64,000 nt of DNA from an uncultured Clostridia bacterium (GTDB lineage Bacteria > Bacillota > Clostridia > Christensenellales > UBA1242), in contig CANQKH010000005.1 in assembly GCA_947624415.1 (NCBI GenBank), positions 17,072 to 81,071 of the forward strand. Reading direction: 5' to 3'. This document shows positions 1-8,220 of the stretch, in pieces. The first letter of the stretch is position 1, and each line of letters opens with the position of its first letter. A program made the position numbers and the translations under genes. The notes beneath the pieces were generated by a model. That model was not told the origin of the DNA and made no database searches. It worked only from the letters and a program-made list of their open reading frames with translations.

Positions 1-396
1 TTGACTAAATCCATCGTTATTTTGCAATTTTAAGGGATTTTTTCGCAAAATTCCAGCGTTTTTAGATAAATTTTTCATAATTATGCTATGAATTTTAATT
101 ATATCGTTTACGTCATATGGATTTAATTTGTCAATGTTATTAAATGCTTCCTCTAAATTTAGCACATATTGCTTCTTGTCATAATCGCCATTTGTGTTTA
201 AAATTTCATTAACCCTTTCTGGCGATATTTCAATATCTTCTAGCGAAAGATTTGCACATATTGTTTTAATTTTATTTATTTGTTTCAGCCTTGGATAAGA
301 TTCAAGTTGACCATAGGAATAAATTTGTCCCAATTTTTCCATAATTTGAGAAACTTGGTCTAAAATTTCATCTGTAATATCGTATTGATTATTCAT
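1..396 (-). CDS. Fic-family protein, N-terminal part (runs off the window edge; not in the ORF track)
   Basis: Manual translation from ATG at 396 is open to position 1: MNNQYDITDEILDQVSQIMEKIGQI…RLKQINKIKTICANLSLEDI…DIIKIHSIIMKNLSKNAGILRK. This matches the typical N-terminus of Fic proteins. RBS GAGG lies upstream. The catalytic HPF motif would lie outside the window. Confidence 0.65.
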   Translation of the reverse strand, partial: MNNQYDITDEILDQVSQIMEKLGQIYSYGQLESYPRLKQINKIKTICANLSLEDIEISPERVNEILNTNGDYDKKQYVLNLEEAFNNIDKLNPYDVNDIIKIHSIIMKNLSKNAGILRKNPLKLQNNDGFSQ

Positions 397-415
397 TTTT
401 GTAACCTCTTTTTTA

Positions 416-444
416 ATTATACACTCTTTTTTCGACAAAATCAA
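416..444 (-). promoter_or_regulatory. sigma-A-type promoter for the Fic-like gene, with a Spo0A-box sequence (TGTCGAA) in the spacer
   Basis: Minus strand reads TTGATT-17 nt-TATAAT; TGTCGAA at 431-437. Confidence 0.5.
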
Positions 445-445
445 C

Positions 446-539
446 TTTTCTTGCACAATATTTTTATTTTTTCTTACACATTATGTTAATCAAAATGCAT
501 ATTGCTACACATTTTCATATGCTTTTTCTTGCACATTAT
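446..539. repeat. three imperfect 16-bp direct repeats TTTTCTT(G/A)CACA(A/T)TAT
   Basis: Copies at 446-461, 469-484 and 524-539, plus a degenerate copy around 501-516. Confidence 0.55.
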
Positions 540-591
540 TTTAGTAATTTTAAATATTAACATTTTGATAAGAATATTTTGATAATATTAG

Positions 592-620
592 TTGACAATT
601 TTTAACGTGTTTGATAAAAT
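592..620 (+). promoter_or_regulatory. sigma-A promoter of the radical SAM operon
   Basis: TTGACA-17 nt-TAAAAT with extended -10 TG; RBS AAGGAG before ATG at 645. Confidence 0.7.
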
Positions 621-644
621 GTTAATATATTAAAGGAGTAAAAA

Positions 645-1433
645 ATGTTAAAAGAAGTTAAAAGCAGAAAATTTGCAAATGGAATTGTATATGCACTTAG
701 GACGGAAGATGATTATCCGCTTGAAGTTACCGACACATTTTTGCCATATTATACTAAAGATGCAATTGGTAAAAAGCAAAATGCACTTATGTCATATGAG
801 GTTGGGGACAGGACTGAAAGGTGGATGATTGGGGTGTCGTGTATGTCGGGTTGCCCAGTTCACTGTAAATTTTGTGCGACTGGTCAACTTAAAAAGTTTA
901 GAAATTTGACAGCGGAAGAAATTTTTGAGCAAGTTAAGTTTATACTTGATAAAAATCCCGATTATGACCCTAAAAATTCAAAAGAATTTAAAATAAACTA
1001 TACAAGAATGGGCGAGCCTTTCTTAAATATTGAAGAGGTAAAAAAGGCTATTGAGATGATAAACGCCATTTATCCAAGCACCCATCACTACATATCAACA
1101 ATAGGCATAAAGGGAAGTGATTTTAGTTGGATAAAGGGTAATATTACTTTGCAGATTTCCCTTCACTCACTTGATGAAGAAAAGAGGAATTGGCTTATAC
1201 CATTCCATAATAAATATACAATCGAGGAACTGGGGCAGATAAGGACGGAAAGCAATTTGAAAACCACATTGAATCTTACATTAGTGGACACAAGTGATTT
1301 TGACATTGAAAAATTGCAAAAATATTTCGATAAAGACAAGTTTTTCATAAAATTATCGCCAATTAATGAAAATGCTGTGTCAGAGGGTAATCATCTTGGC
1401 AAAGGGGTTATAAAAGGAGTTAATTTGATATAA
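645..1433 (+). CDS. RlmN/Cfr-like radical SAM enzyme lacking its C-terminal AACGQL segment (large subunit of an apparently split enzyme)
   Basis: VSxxxGCPVHCKFCATG (CxxxCxxC), RMGEPFLN, ISTIG, ISLHS and IKLSPIN are collinear with RlmN motifs. The protein ends at 262 aa without the catalytic Cys motif. Confidence 0.85.
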   Translation: MLKEVKSRKFANGIVYALRTEDDYPLEVTDTFLPYYTKDAIGKKQNALMSYEVGDRTERWMIGVSCMSGCPVHCKFCATGQLKKFRNLTAEEIFEQVKFILDKNPDYDPKNSKEFKINYTRMGEPFLNIEEVKKAIEMINAIYPSTHHYISTIGIKGSDFSWIKGNITLQISLHSLDEEKRNWLIPFHNKYTIEELGQIRTESNLKTTLNLTLVDTSDFDIEKLQKYFDKDKFFIKLSPINENAVSEGNHLGKGVIKGVNLI

Positions 1434-2224
1434 TGGCTGTAAGAGAGGGTATATTTAGATATCGTATTATTACAAATTTAAATTGTAATATGAATGAAAG
1501 CACGGGTCCAAATGGAAATTGTTACTTTTGTTATCAACCCAACAAACAACCTCTAATGCTTGATTATGACAAGGCAAAAGAAACAATGGAGAAAGTTGGT
1601 GTTTTGAAAAGGGCAACAATAATGGGTGGAGAAGCGACAATTCGTAAAGACCTTGTGGATTTTATAAAACTTGCAAAATCATATGTTACAAATGATGTTT
1701 GCCTTGTTACAAATGGAATTTTGCTTAATGAGGAGAGGATAAAAAGTTATAAGGAAGCGGGACTTACAGAGGTTGCAATTTCCATATCATCTCTTGAACA
1801 ATATTACAGAAGACGAGAGCAGGCACTATTATGTAAAAAATACATTCCAAACACACGAATTAATATTCCAAAATGCAAAGAAAGCACAGGTGATAAACTT
1901 GTTGAGTTATTAAAAGTGATATTGACAGATGATTTTTATGTGATAGTTTGTGAAGATTTAATGGGAAGATATGGTGATTTTGATTTTCAAATAAAACTTC
2001 AAGCAAAGAAAATTAAAGATGATGGATGCAATTTTTATGATTATATTTGGAATGGACATCAGTTTGGGGTGTTTGGGAACTATATTGGTTATGATGACAC
2101 AGACATAATAATCACTCCCATTGGAAACTTTTGCAAGTGGGAGATGTATTGTGAAAAAGTTGGCAACTGTGGACTTAACAAAACGCAAAGTAGTGTAGAT
2201 AAAGATGGAATGCCTGAAAATTGA
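1433..2224 (+). CDS. radical SAM protein with atypical Cx11Cx2C cluster motif
   Basis: TNLNCNMNESTGPNGNCYFCYQ, IMGGEAT, LVTNGILL, VAISIS; TAATG overlap with the upstream gene. Confidence 0.8.
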   Translation: MAVREGIFRYRIITNLNCNMNESTGPNGNCYFCYQPNKQPLMLDYDKAKETMEKVGVLKRATIMGGEATIRKDLVDFIKLAKSYVTNDVCLVTNGILLNEERIKSYKEAGLTEVAISISSLEQYYRRREQALLCKKYIPNTRINIPKCKESTGDKLVELLKVILTDDFYVIVCEDLMGRYGDFDFQIKLQAKKIKDDGCNFYDYIWNGHQFGVFGNYIGYDDTDIIITPIGNFCKWEMYCEKVGNCGLNKTQSSVDKDGMPEN

Positions 2225-2648
2225 TTTTGGCTGTGGTTACAAACATAAAGAAGGTTACAAAACCTGCGACATAACCAATTTACCAAACCTTGACTACTAT
2301 TACGATGAGGAAAATGACAAAATTTTGTATCTCGGTGAATCATCAGTTGACGAGTTTTATTTGAGGAATGTTGTCCATCATATCAAAGATATAACAAAAA
2401 CTTTCCATTGTTTAGATAAATATTTGAAAAAAGGTGCTATAATTACAATAATTGATGTTCGAAAGGAGTTTTATAAAGAGAATTATTATCTTGATAACCT
2501 TTGGTATAGAATTATAATTCCCAGAGAGGAGATATGGTTTAGCTCAACCTATAGGGATTACTTTAAAATACTTGAAGAGATGAATTACCAAAAAGTAAGT
2601 TATAGTATAGAAGAGGAAAAGGAGGTGAGTATATGGAAAAAATTATAG
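2205..2648 (+). CDS. class I SAM-dependent methyltransferase
   Basis: Motif I KIDFGCG, SVDEFYLRNVVHHI, LKKGAII. Confidence 0.8.
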   Translation: MECLKIDFGCGYKHKEGYKTCDITNLPNLDYYYDEENDKILYLGESSVDEFYLRNVVHHIKDITKTFHCLDKYLKKGAIITIIDVRKEFYKENYYLDNLWYRIIIPREEIWFSSTYRDYFKILEEMNYQKVSYSIEEEKEVSIWKKL

Positions 2649-2752
2649 AAGCACTTGCAAAATGCGGATATGATTATGCTATTGCAATAGCAACCAAGGC
2701 TGAAATTGAAGCCGGTGCTGCGTGCGGACAATTAAGCATAATCATCGAGTAA
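2633..2752 (+). CDS. 39-aa peptide equivalent to the RlmN/Cfr C-terminal catalytic-Cys segment: MEKIIEALAKCGYDYAIAIATKAEIEAGAACGQLSIIIE
   Basis: Strong RBS AAGGAGGTGA at 2619-2628, ATG at 2633, TAA at 2750-2752, immediately followed by a terminator. Contains AACGQL. Below the ORF-track size cutoff. Confidence 0.85.
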   Translation: MEKIIEALAKCGYDYAIAIATKAEIEAGAACGQLSIIIE

Positions 2753-2784
2753 AATGTGGTTGATTGTTTGAATAGATTATGAAT

Positions 2785-2819
2785 AAAAAAACTCCAAGTT
2801 GCATTACTTGGAGTTTTTT
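2785..2819. terminator. bidirectional intrinsic terminator
   Basis: AAAAAAACTCCAAGT-TGCATT-ACTTGGAGTTTTTT between convergent genes. Confidence 0.85.
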
Positions 2820-2874
2820 ATCAATAGGGCAATCGTTTATAAATAATCATTTTTAATTTTACAAAATGTTCAAT

Positions 2875-3330
2875 TTATTGATTTTTTAAATCATCATAAA
2901 AAGTAAGTTTTACGCCTGCATCATCAAAAATCTTTTGTAAAAACTCATCAGGGTAACTTTCTTTGTAAATAACTTCTTTTATTCCGGCATTAGCAATTAA
3001 TTTTGCACAAATTATGCATGGACGATGCGTGCAATACAAAACGCAACCTTTAACACTTATGCCTTCTTTTGCGGCTTGCATCAAAGCATTTTGTTCTGCA
3101 TGGACGGAGAAACAGATTTCAGCATGAGTTCCGCTTTTAATGTCCAACTTATTTCTCAGACATTCTCCCTTTTCGACGCAAGTCATAGTTCCCGTTGGAG
3201 CACCATTATAGCCTGTTGCAATAATTCTTTTATCTTTTACTATAATTGCCCCAACTTGTCTTCTTAGGCAACTTGACCATGTTGCTATATATTCAGTTAA
3301 CTCCATAAATCTTTTATTCCATTTATCCAT
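2875..3330 (-). CDS. dCMP deaminase family protein (ComEB-like)
   Basis: SSCLRRQVGA, GYNG, HAEQNA and PCIIC Zn-binding motifs. Confidence 0.9.
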   Translation of the reverse strand: MDKWNKRFMELTEYIATWSSCLRRQVGAIIVKDKRIIATGYNGAPTGTMTCVEKGECLRNKLDIKSGTHAEICFSVHAEQNALMQAAKEGISVKGCVLYCTHRPCIICAKLIANAGIKEVIYKESYPDEFLQKIFDDAGVKLTFYDDLKNQ

Positions 3331-3398
3331 TTATTTCTCCTTATTTTGTTTATGGTCTCATTTTCAAGTTTTGTTTTATCAATCTATTAAAATTAATT

Positions 3399-3851
3399 TT
3401 ATTCAAGATCCAAATAGTCGCCATAATTTGATGTTTGAGAGTGGGTTTCGTTGGTAATAATGGTTGATATTTTGTATTTCATATTGTCTTTGGCGTTTTG
3501 AAGATTTCTTTGTTCAGTTTCTAAAACGCCATTATTAATAACGTCTCTGAAACTTTCCAAGATATAAGTATAGTTATACCCAAGAACATTCGTATCCATA
3601 TTTGGGCCGGTCCCGGTAACAATTCCGGTTAAATAACGTTTAATGTAAGGATTATCCGCTGTTAATGCAACAGTTTCACACATTGCCGCTTCTTCGATAA
3701 CCTCTCGGCGCTCTCCTAAAATATTTTTATTTTCTATGTTCTGATAAATTTTGTTTTTACTTAATATTGTTTCATATGTTCTTATTAAAATTTCAGCCAC
3801 TTTTTTGGTAAATTCCCTATCTGTATATTCTGTCCCGTTTATGTTAACCAT
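3399..3851 (-). CDS. hypothetical protein
   Basis: 150-aa ORF with RBS AAGGGAG and an upstream promoter; no recognisable motif. Confidence 0.6.
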   Translation of the reverse strand: MVNINGTEYTDREFTKKVAEILIRTYETILSKNKIYQNIENKNILGERREVIEEAAMCETVALTADNPYIKRYLTGIVTGTGPNMDTNVLGYNYTYILESFRDVINNGVLETEQRNLQNAKDNMKYKISTIITNETHSQTSNYGDYLDLE

Positions 3852-3876
3852 AATTGTATCTCCCTTTATATGTAAT

Positions 3877-3905
3877 AGTATATATCATTTCATATAATTT
3901 GTCAA
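3877..3905 (-). promoter_or_regulatory. sigma-A promoter
   Basis: Minus strand reads TTGACA-17 nt-TATACT. Confidence 0.65.
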
Positions 3906-4217
3906 TAAAAATTTGGCCACTTAATTTTTATGCGGAAGAAAGCACAAAAGCAAAAGCAAAACAAAGGATTTAACGGCAAAGAAGGTTAAAAATTAAACAT
4001 TTTCGCAAAGCAAATAAAAAATGTTGAAATTATCCCTATTTTAGGAGGTTGTAGCCGTTATAAACTTATTTTTTTGATTTTTAATATAAAAAATGGGACT
4101 TTTCTCCCTGATTATGAGGTTCATAGCATTTATAAAACATAAAATATTATAAAATGATAAAAAATCGCTTGCTTAATCTTTGCAATTGTGCTATTAATAT
4201 AATCAAGGAGTTTTTTT

Positions 4218-5399
4218 ATGGATTTGTTTAATAAAGTTTATAAGCCACAAGTTTACACAATGGCAAAAGAGAAGGGAATTTATCCATATTTTCATGAGTT
4301 AAATTCAAGACAAGATGTTGTTGTTAACATGGAAGGAAAGCGAACAATCATGATTGGGTCAAACAACTATCTTGGTCTCACAAATCATCCAAAGGTTATT
4401 GAGGCTGGTATTGAAGCATTGAAAAATTATGGCAGTGGATGTTCTGGCTCAAGATTTTTAAATGGAACACTTGATCTTCATGTAAAATTTGAAAAAAATC
4501 TTGCCGACTTTTTACAAAAAGAAGCAGTTATGACTTTTAGCACAGGATTTCAAAGCAATCTTGGAATTATTTCCGCAATTGTTGGCAGAAATGATTATGT
4601 TATTTGCGATAAAGAGAATCACGCAAGTATATATGACGGATGCAGATTAAGTTTTGGGAAAATGTTAAGATACAATCATGCCGATATGGAAGATCTTGAA
4701 AGAAAATTGGCATCTGTTCCAAGCGAAAGTGGTATTTTAATTGTTACCGATGGCGTGTTTTCAATGGGCGGTGATATAGCAAAACTCCCTGAAATTGTTG
4801 AACTTGCAAAAAAATATGGCGCAAGAGTAATGGTTGACGATGCTCATGCACTTGGTGTTATAGGAAAGCATGGAAGGGGAAGTGCTGAATATTATGGACT
4901 TGAAAATGATATTGATATTTACATGGGCACATTCTCAAAGTCATTGGCATCTTTGGGGGGATATATGGCTGCAGATAAAGATGTTATCGAATTTGTAAAA
5001 CACACTTCAAGACCATACATATTCAGTGCAAGTATGACGCCTGCTAATGTTTGCTGTGCCAATGCCGCACTTGAGATTTTAAAGTCAGAGCCACAAAGAG
5101 TGCAAGACCTTCAAAGAGTGGGCGACCATATGAGAGAAAACTTGCGTGAAAGAGGGGTTGCATTTAAGGAAAGCACAACTCCAATTATTCCAATTTACAC
5201 ATATGAAGATGACAAGACATTTATAGCGTGCAAACTTTTACTTGAACGCGGAGTATATGTAAATCCAGTTGTTTCACCTGCAACACCTGTTGGGCAAAGC
5301 CTATTAAGAACAAGTTATACGGCAACTCACACCTTTGAAATGCTTGACGAAGCGGCAGACAAGATTAAGGAAGTTACTGAAATGTTAAAAACAATGTAA
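4218..5399 (+). CDS. PLP-dependent alpha-oxoamine synthase, serine palmitoyltransferase-like
   Basis: GIYPYF, GSNNYLGLT, GSGCSGSRFLNGTLDLH, DDAHALG, GTFSKSLAS (PLP lysine). Confidence 0.8.
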   Translation: MDLFNKVYKPQVYTMAKEKGIYPYFHELNSRQDVVVNMEGKRTIMIGSNNYLGLTNHPKVIEAGIEALKNYGSGCSGSRFLNGTLDLHVKFEKNLADFLQKEAVMTFSTGFQSNLGIISAIVGRNDYVICDKENHASIYDGCRLSFGKMLRYNHADMEDLERKLASVPSESGILIVTDGVFSMGGDIAKLPEIVELAKKYGARVMVDDAHALGVIGKHGRGSAEYYGLENDIDIYMGTFSKSLASLGGYMAADKDVIEFVKHTSRPYIFSASMTPANVCCANAALEILKSEPQRVQDLQRVGDHMRENLRERGVAFKESTTPIIPIYTYEDDKTFIACKLLLERGVYVNPVVSPATPVGQSLLRTSYTATHTFEMLDEAADKIKEVTEMLKTM

Positions 5400-5413
5400 C
5401 CAAATTTTGAAAT

Positions 5414-5442
5414 AAGGGGGCAAGAAAATCTTGTCCTTTTTT
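5414..5442 (+). terminator. intrinsic terminator
   Basis: GGGCAAGA-AAA-TCTTGTCC followed by a T tract. Confidence 0.7.
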
Positions 5443-5456
5443 GTTTAAAAATGATG

Positions 5457-5485
5457 TTGACAATGGTGAGGCGTTAATGTATAAT
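5457..5485 (+). promoter_or_regulatory. consensus sigma-A promoter of the RNase R gene
   Basis: TTGACA-17 nt-TATAAT. Confidence 0.8.
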
Positions 5486-5536
5486 ATAAGTATAAATACT
5501 TAGTCAACACTAAAACTTATTATTTTAGGAGTTAAA

Positions 5537-7993
5537 ATGGCAAAATTAGAAAAATTAATAAAAATTAGAGAAAAGGTCTATCGGGAGATTGCTAAAAATC
5601 CTGGCGACCTTTTTTCTCTTCGTGCTGAACTAGTCAAGAAAAAAATAGTAGAGTCTGGCAATAAATTCGATACAGCAGTTGAGATGTTGAAAGAAAGCGG
5701 AAGAATTTATGTTAAGGCCGGTCAAGTCGCATTGGCTAAGGAGGCTTTAAAAATGGGAACGCTTGTATTCCGTGGGCAACTGGGATATGTTGTAATCGAC
5801 GGCGACAGCAAACAATATCAAGTGGACACAAGGTTATTGAATGGTTATAATACACATGATAGAGTAATGGTTGGCTTTAATGAACAAAAAGACATAAAAA
5901 CTCCTTTTGTTGTTTCAAAAATAGAAGAGGAAGGCCAAATATCAAACAATAATCTAATTTTGGGAAGAGTTGCAAAACTTGGTCATGACCAGTTAATATT
6001 TATCCCAAACGACAAAAGATTTACAAAAAATATTGCAATTTTAAATACAAAAAGCACAATTGCACAATATCAAGACAAAATTTGCCTGTTGGAACTTGCA
6101 CAAGATGAAAAGAATGGGCTTCCTGCCTTTGGTGTTATAAAAGAGATTGTTGGCGATGCTGGAAATCCTATTCATGAATATGATGCGATTGCAAGCCAAC
6201 ATGGTGCAAATATGACTTGGAGCGGTGATGGAATTGAAGAGGAAATAGCAAAAATACCAAGCGAAGTTGATTTAAGCAATTATACGTTGATAGATGAAAA
6301 TGGCTTAGTTGTAAAGGAGGGTGGAGAAGATAAACTTGTTGATTTAAGAGCCCTTGATTTTACAACGGTTGACCCAGCAACCTGCAAAGATATGGATGAT
6401 GCTATTTATTCAACATATAATGAAGAGGGTGATTTGGTTGTGTATACAGCGGTGGCAAATGTTCCAAAGTATGTTGACCTTGAGAGTGAAATAGGGAGAA
6501 GATATATACGTGGTGGTTTTACAATATATGCTCCAAACAAGGCATATAACATTTTACCTCCTCAACTTTCAACAAATATATGTTCTTTAAACCCTGATGT
6601 TGACCGACTTGCAATGGTTGTAAAAAGTGTAGTGGACGAAAAAACGGGTGAGGTTAAGTCAAGCACAATATTTGATGCAGTTATACAAAGCAAACGAAAA
6701 CTTAGTTATGAAGAAGCACAACAAATCACTGATGAATGTCAAACAAAGTTGAAGGATAAGATATTAAAGGGAGAAAAACTGACAATAGATGAACAAGTGG
6801 CATTTAATGCTTATGCTTCAAATATTCTTTGGAAAGGGTTTAATAATAGAAATTTAATAAATTTTGAGACAAAAGATGAATATAATGTTATTTTTAACAC
6901 AGATTTTAGTGATATTGTTGATATTTTGCCAGAAGATAATGTCCCATATCATCAGGTTATAGAGGCATTTATGTTGACGGCAAATGAGGCGACGGCTCAG
7001 TTTGCGAAGAAAAATAATATTCCAAATATTTATCGTGTTCACGATATGCCAAGAGAAGAAAAAGTCAATATGGCAGAAGAATTTTTTAAATATATTGGGA
7101 TTGAATTTAAAGGTGATTTATCTCCTGAAGGGATAAAAGAGATTATAGATTCTGTTAAGGGGACAAAACAAGAAAAGGTTGTAAATGATTTTCTTGTTAA
7201 ACTTCAAAGTAAAGCAAAATATAACACCAATACAAACCCAAGAAAGGTTGATTTTGTAAAATTAAGGCCAAGGGTGGCGGGAAAGAAAGGTAATACAAAC
7301 TCAAATGATAATTTGTCAGATGGGCTTCATGACATAAGCCACTTTGGACTTCAAAGTTATGCATATTCTCATTCAACATCGCCAATAAGACGTATAACAG
7401 ATTATGTAACTATGAACAATATTTTATCATTCATAAATGGTAAAGAACTTATAAGTGAAGACAGGGTATTTGAAATATGCGGACTTGCAAACATACTTCA
7501 AGACGAGAATAAAGACGCTGAAAGAGAATTTAATGAGGTTAGTTCTGCCATTTATTGTGAAAATAACATAGGCAAGATAATGAAGGGGCAAGTTTGTGCT
7601 TTTAAGCATGATTTGAATGGAGAAATAGTTGCTGTGGTTGAAAATGAAGAAAAGGGCATAAGGGTGAATATTCCTGTTTCCTCTTTATGCTCAAACAAAA
7701 GCACCAATCTTTCAATTTCTCCTTTTGGGAGTGCTGTTTTTGGGAAAAATAAATCTCATCCTGTTGTAAAGCTTTGCGATGAAATTACATTTAAAATTTG
7801 CAGTGCAGATAGAATTACACGAGAGGTTGTTGCGTCAACTGATTTGCAAAGTGTTACATCGCTTGAAGACACAAAATTACAAGAAAATATTGTTCAAAAG
7901 CCTGAAAAACCTCAAAAAACTTCAAAAAAACGTTCTTCGGCATATGAATATTATAAAAATTATGTTGAAAATCAAAATTATGAGGATCAATAA
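5537..7993 (+). CDS. rnr: ribonuclease R / RNase II family exoribonuclease
   Basis: RNB catalytic motif TVDPATCKDMDDA, IEAFMLTAN, YRVH, HFGL…YSHSTSPIRR; N-terminal cold-shock-like and C-terminal S1-like regions. Confidence 0.9.
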   Translation: MAKLEKLIKIREKVYREIAKNPGDLFSLRAELVKKKIVESGNKFDTAVEMLKESGRIYVKAGQVALAKEALKMGTLVFRGQLGYVVIDGDSKQYQVDTRLLNGYNTHDRVMVGFNEQKDIKTPFVVSKIEEEGQISNNNLILGRVAKLGHDQLIFIPNDKRFTKNIAILNTKSTIAQYQDKICLLELAQDEKNGLPAFGVIKEIVGDAGNPIHEYDAIASQHGANMTWSGDGIEEEIAKIPSEVDLSNYTLIDENGLVVKEGGEDKLVDLRALDFTTVDPATCKDMDDAIYSTYNEEGDLVVYTAVANVPKYVDLESEIGRRYIRGGFTIYAPNKAYNILPPQLSTNICSLNPDVDRLAMVVKSVVDEKTGEVKSSTIFDAVIQSKRKLSYEEAQQITDECQTKLKDKILKGEKLTIDEQVAFNAYASNILWKGFNNRNLINFETKDEYNVIFNTDFSDIVDILPEDNVPYHQVIEAFMLTANEATAQFAKKNNIPNIYRVHDMPREEKVNMAEEFFKYIGIEFKGDLSPEGIKEIIDSVKGTKQEKVVNDFLVKLQSKAKYNTNTNPRKVDFVKLRPRVAGKKGNTNSNDNLSDGLHDISHFGLQSYAYSHSTSPIRRITDYVTMNNILSFINGKELISEDRVFEICGLANILQDENKDAEREFNEVSSAIYCENNIGKIMKGQVCAFKHDLNGEIVAVVENEEKGIRVNIPVSSLCSNKSTNLSISPFGSAVFGKNKSHPVVKLCDEITFKICSADRITREVVASTDLQSVTSLEDTKLQENIVQKPEKPQKTSKKRSSAYEYYKNYVENQNYEDQ

Positions 7994-8044
7994 ACGTCTA
8001 TTGTAATGATTAAATAAATTTAAAGCGGAAGGCTTAAAAATAAT

Positions 8045-8074
8045 TGAGTTCGATATTTTTCGGGCTCATTTTTT
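8045..8074 (+). terminator. intrinsic terminator
   Basis: TGAGTTCGA…TCGGGCTCA followed by TTTTTT. Confidence 0.65.
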
Positions 8075-8220
8075 AAAGGAAAGTGTTTAAAAAAGGTTTT
8101 ATTATAAATTAAATTATATATGTTCTTAATTGTCAATATAATTTTTAAAATTTTTTTATTCTATATTTGTTTTATTTGACAAAATCTAACTAATTTTTTA
8201 AAATTTAAAGGGAGTTGAAA

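Noticed and set aside
645-1433. Calling this gene rlmN or cfr, or a simple pseudogene
   Set aside because: It lacks the N-terminal domain and the C118-equivalent, so orthology is unsupported. Promoter, RBS, motifs and the separately encoded C-terminal piece are intact, which argues against decay.
1433-2632. Self-splicing intron or mobile insertion that would rejoin the RlmN halves at the RNA level
   Set aside because: The intervening genes are a radical SAM and a methyltransferase, not a homing endonuclease, RT or transposase. There is no non-coding space for ribozyme structure, and the peptide has its own RBS and ATG.
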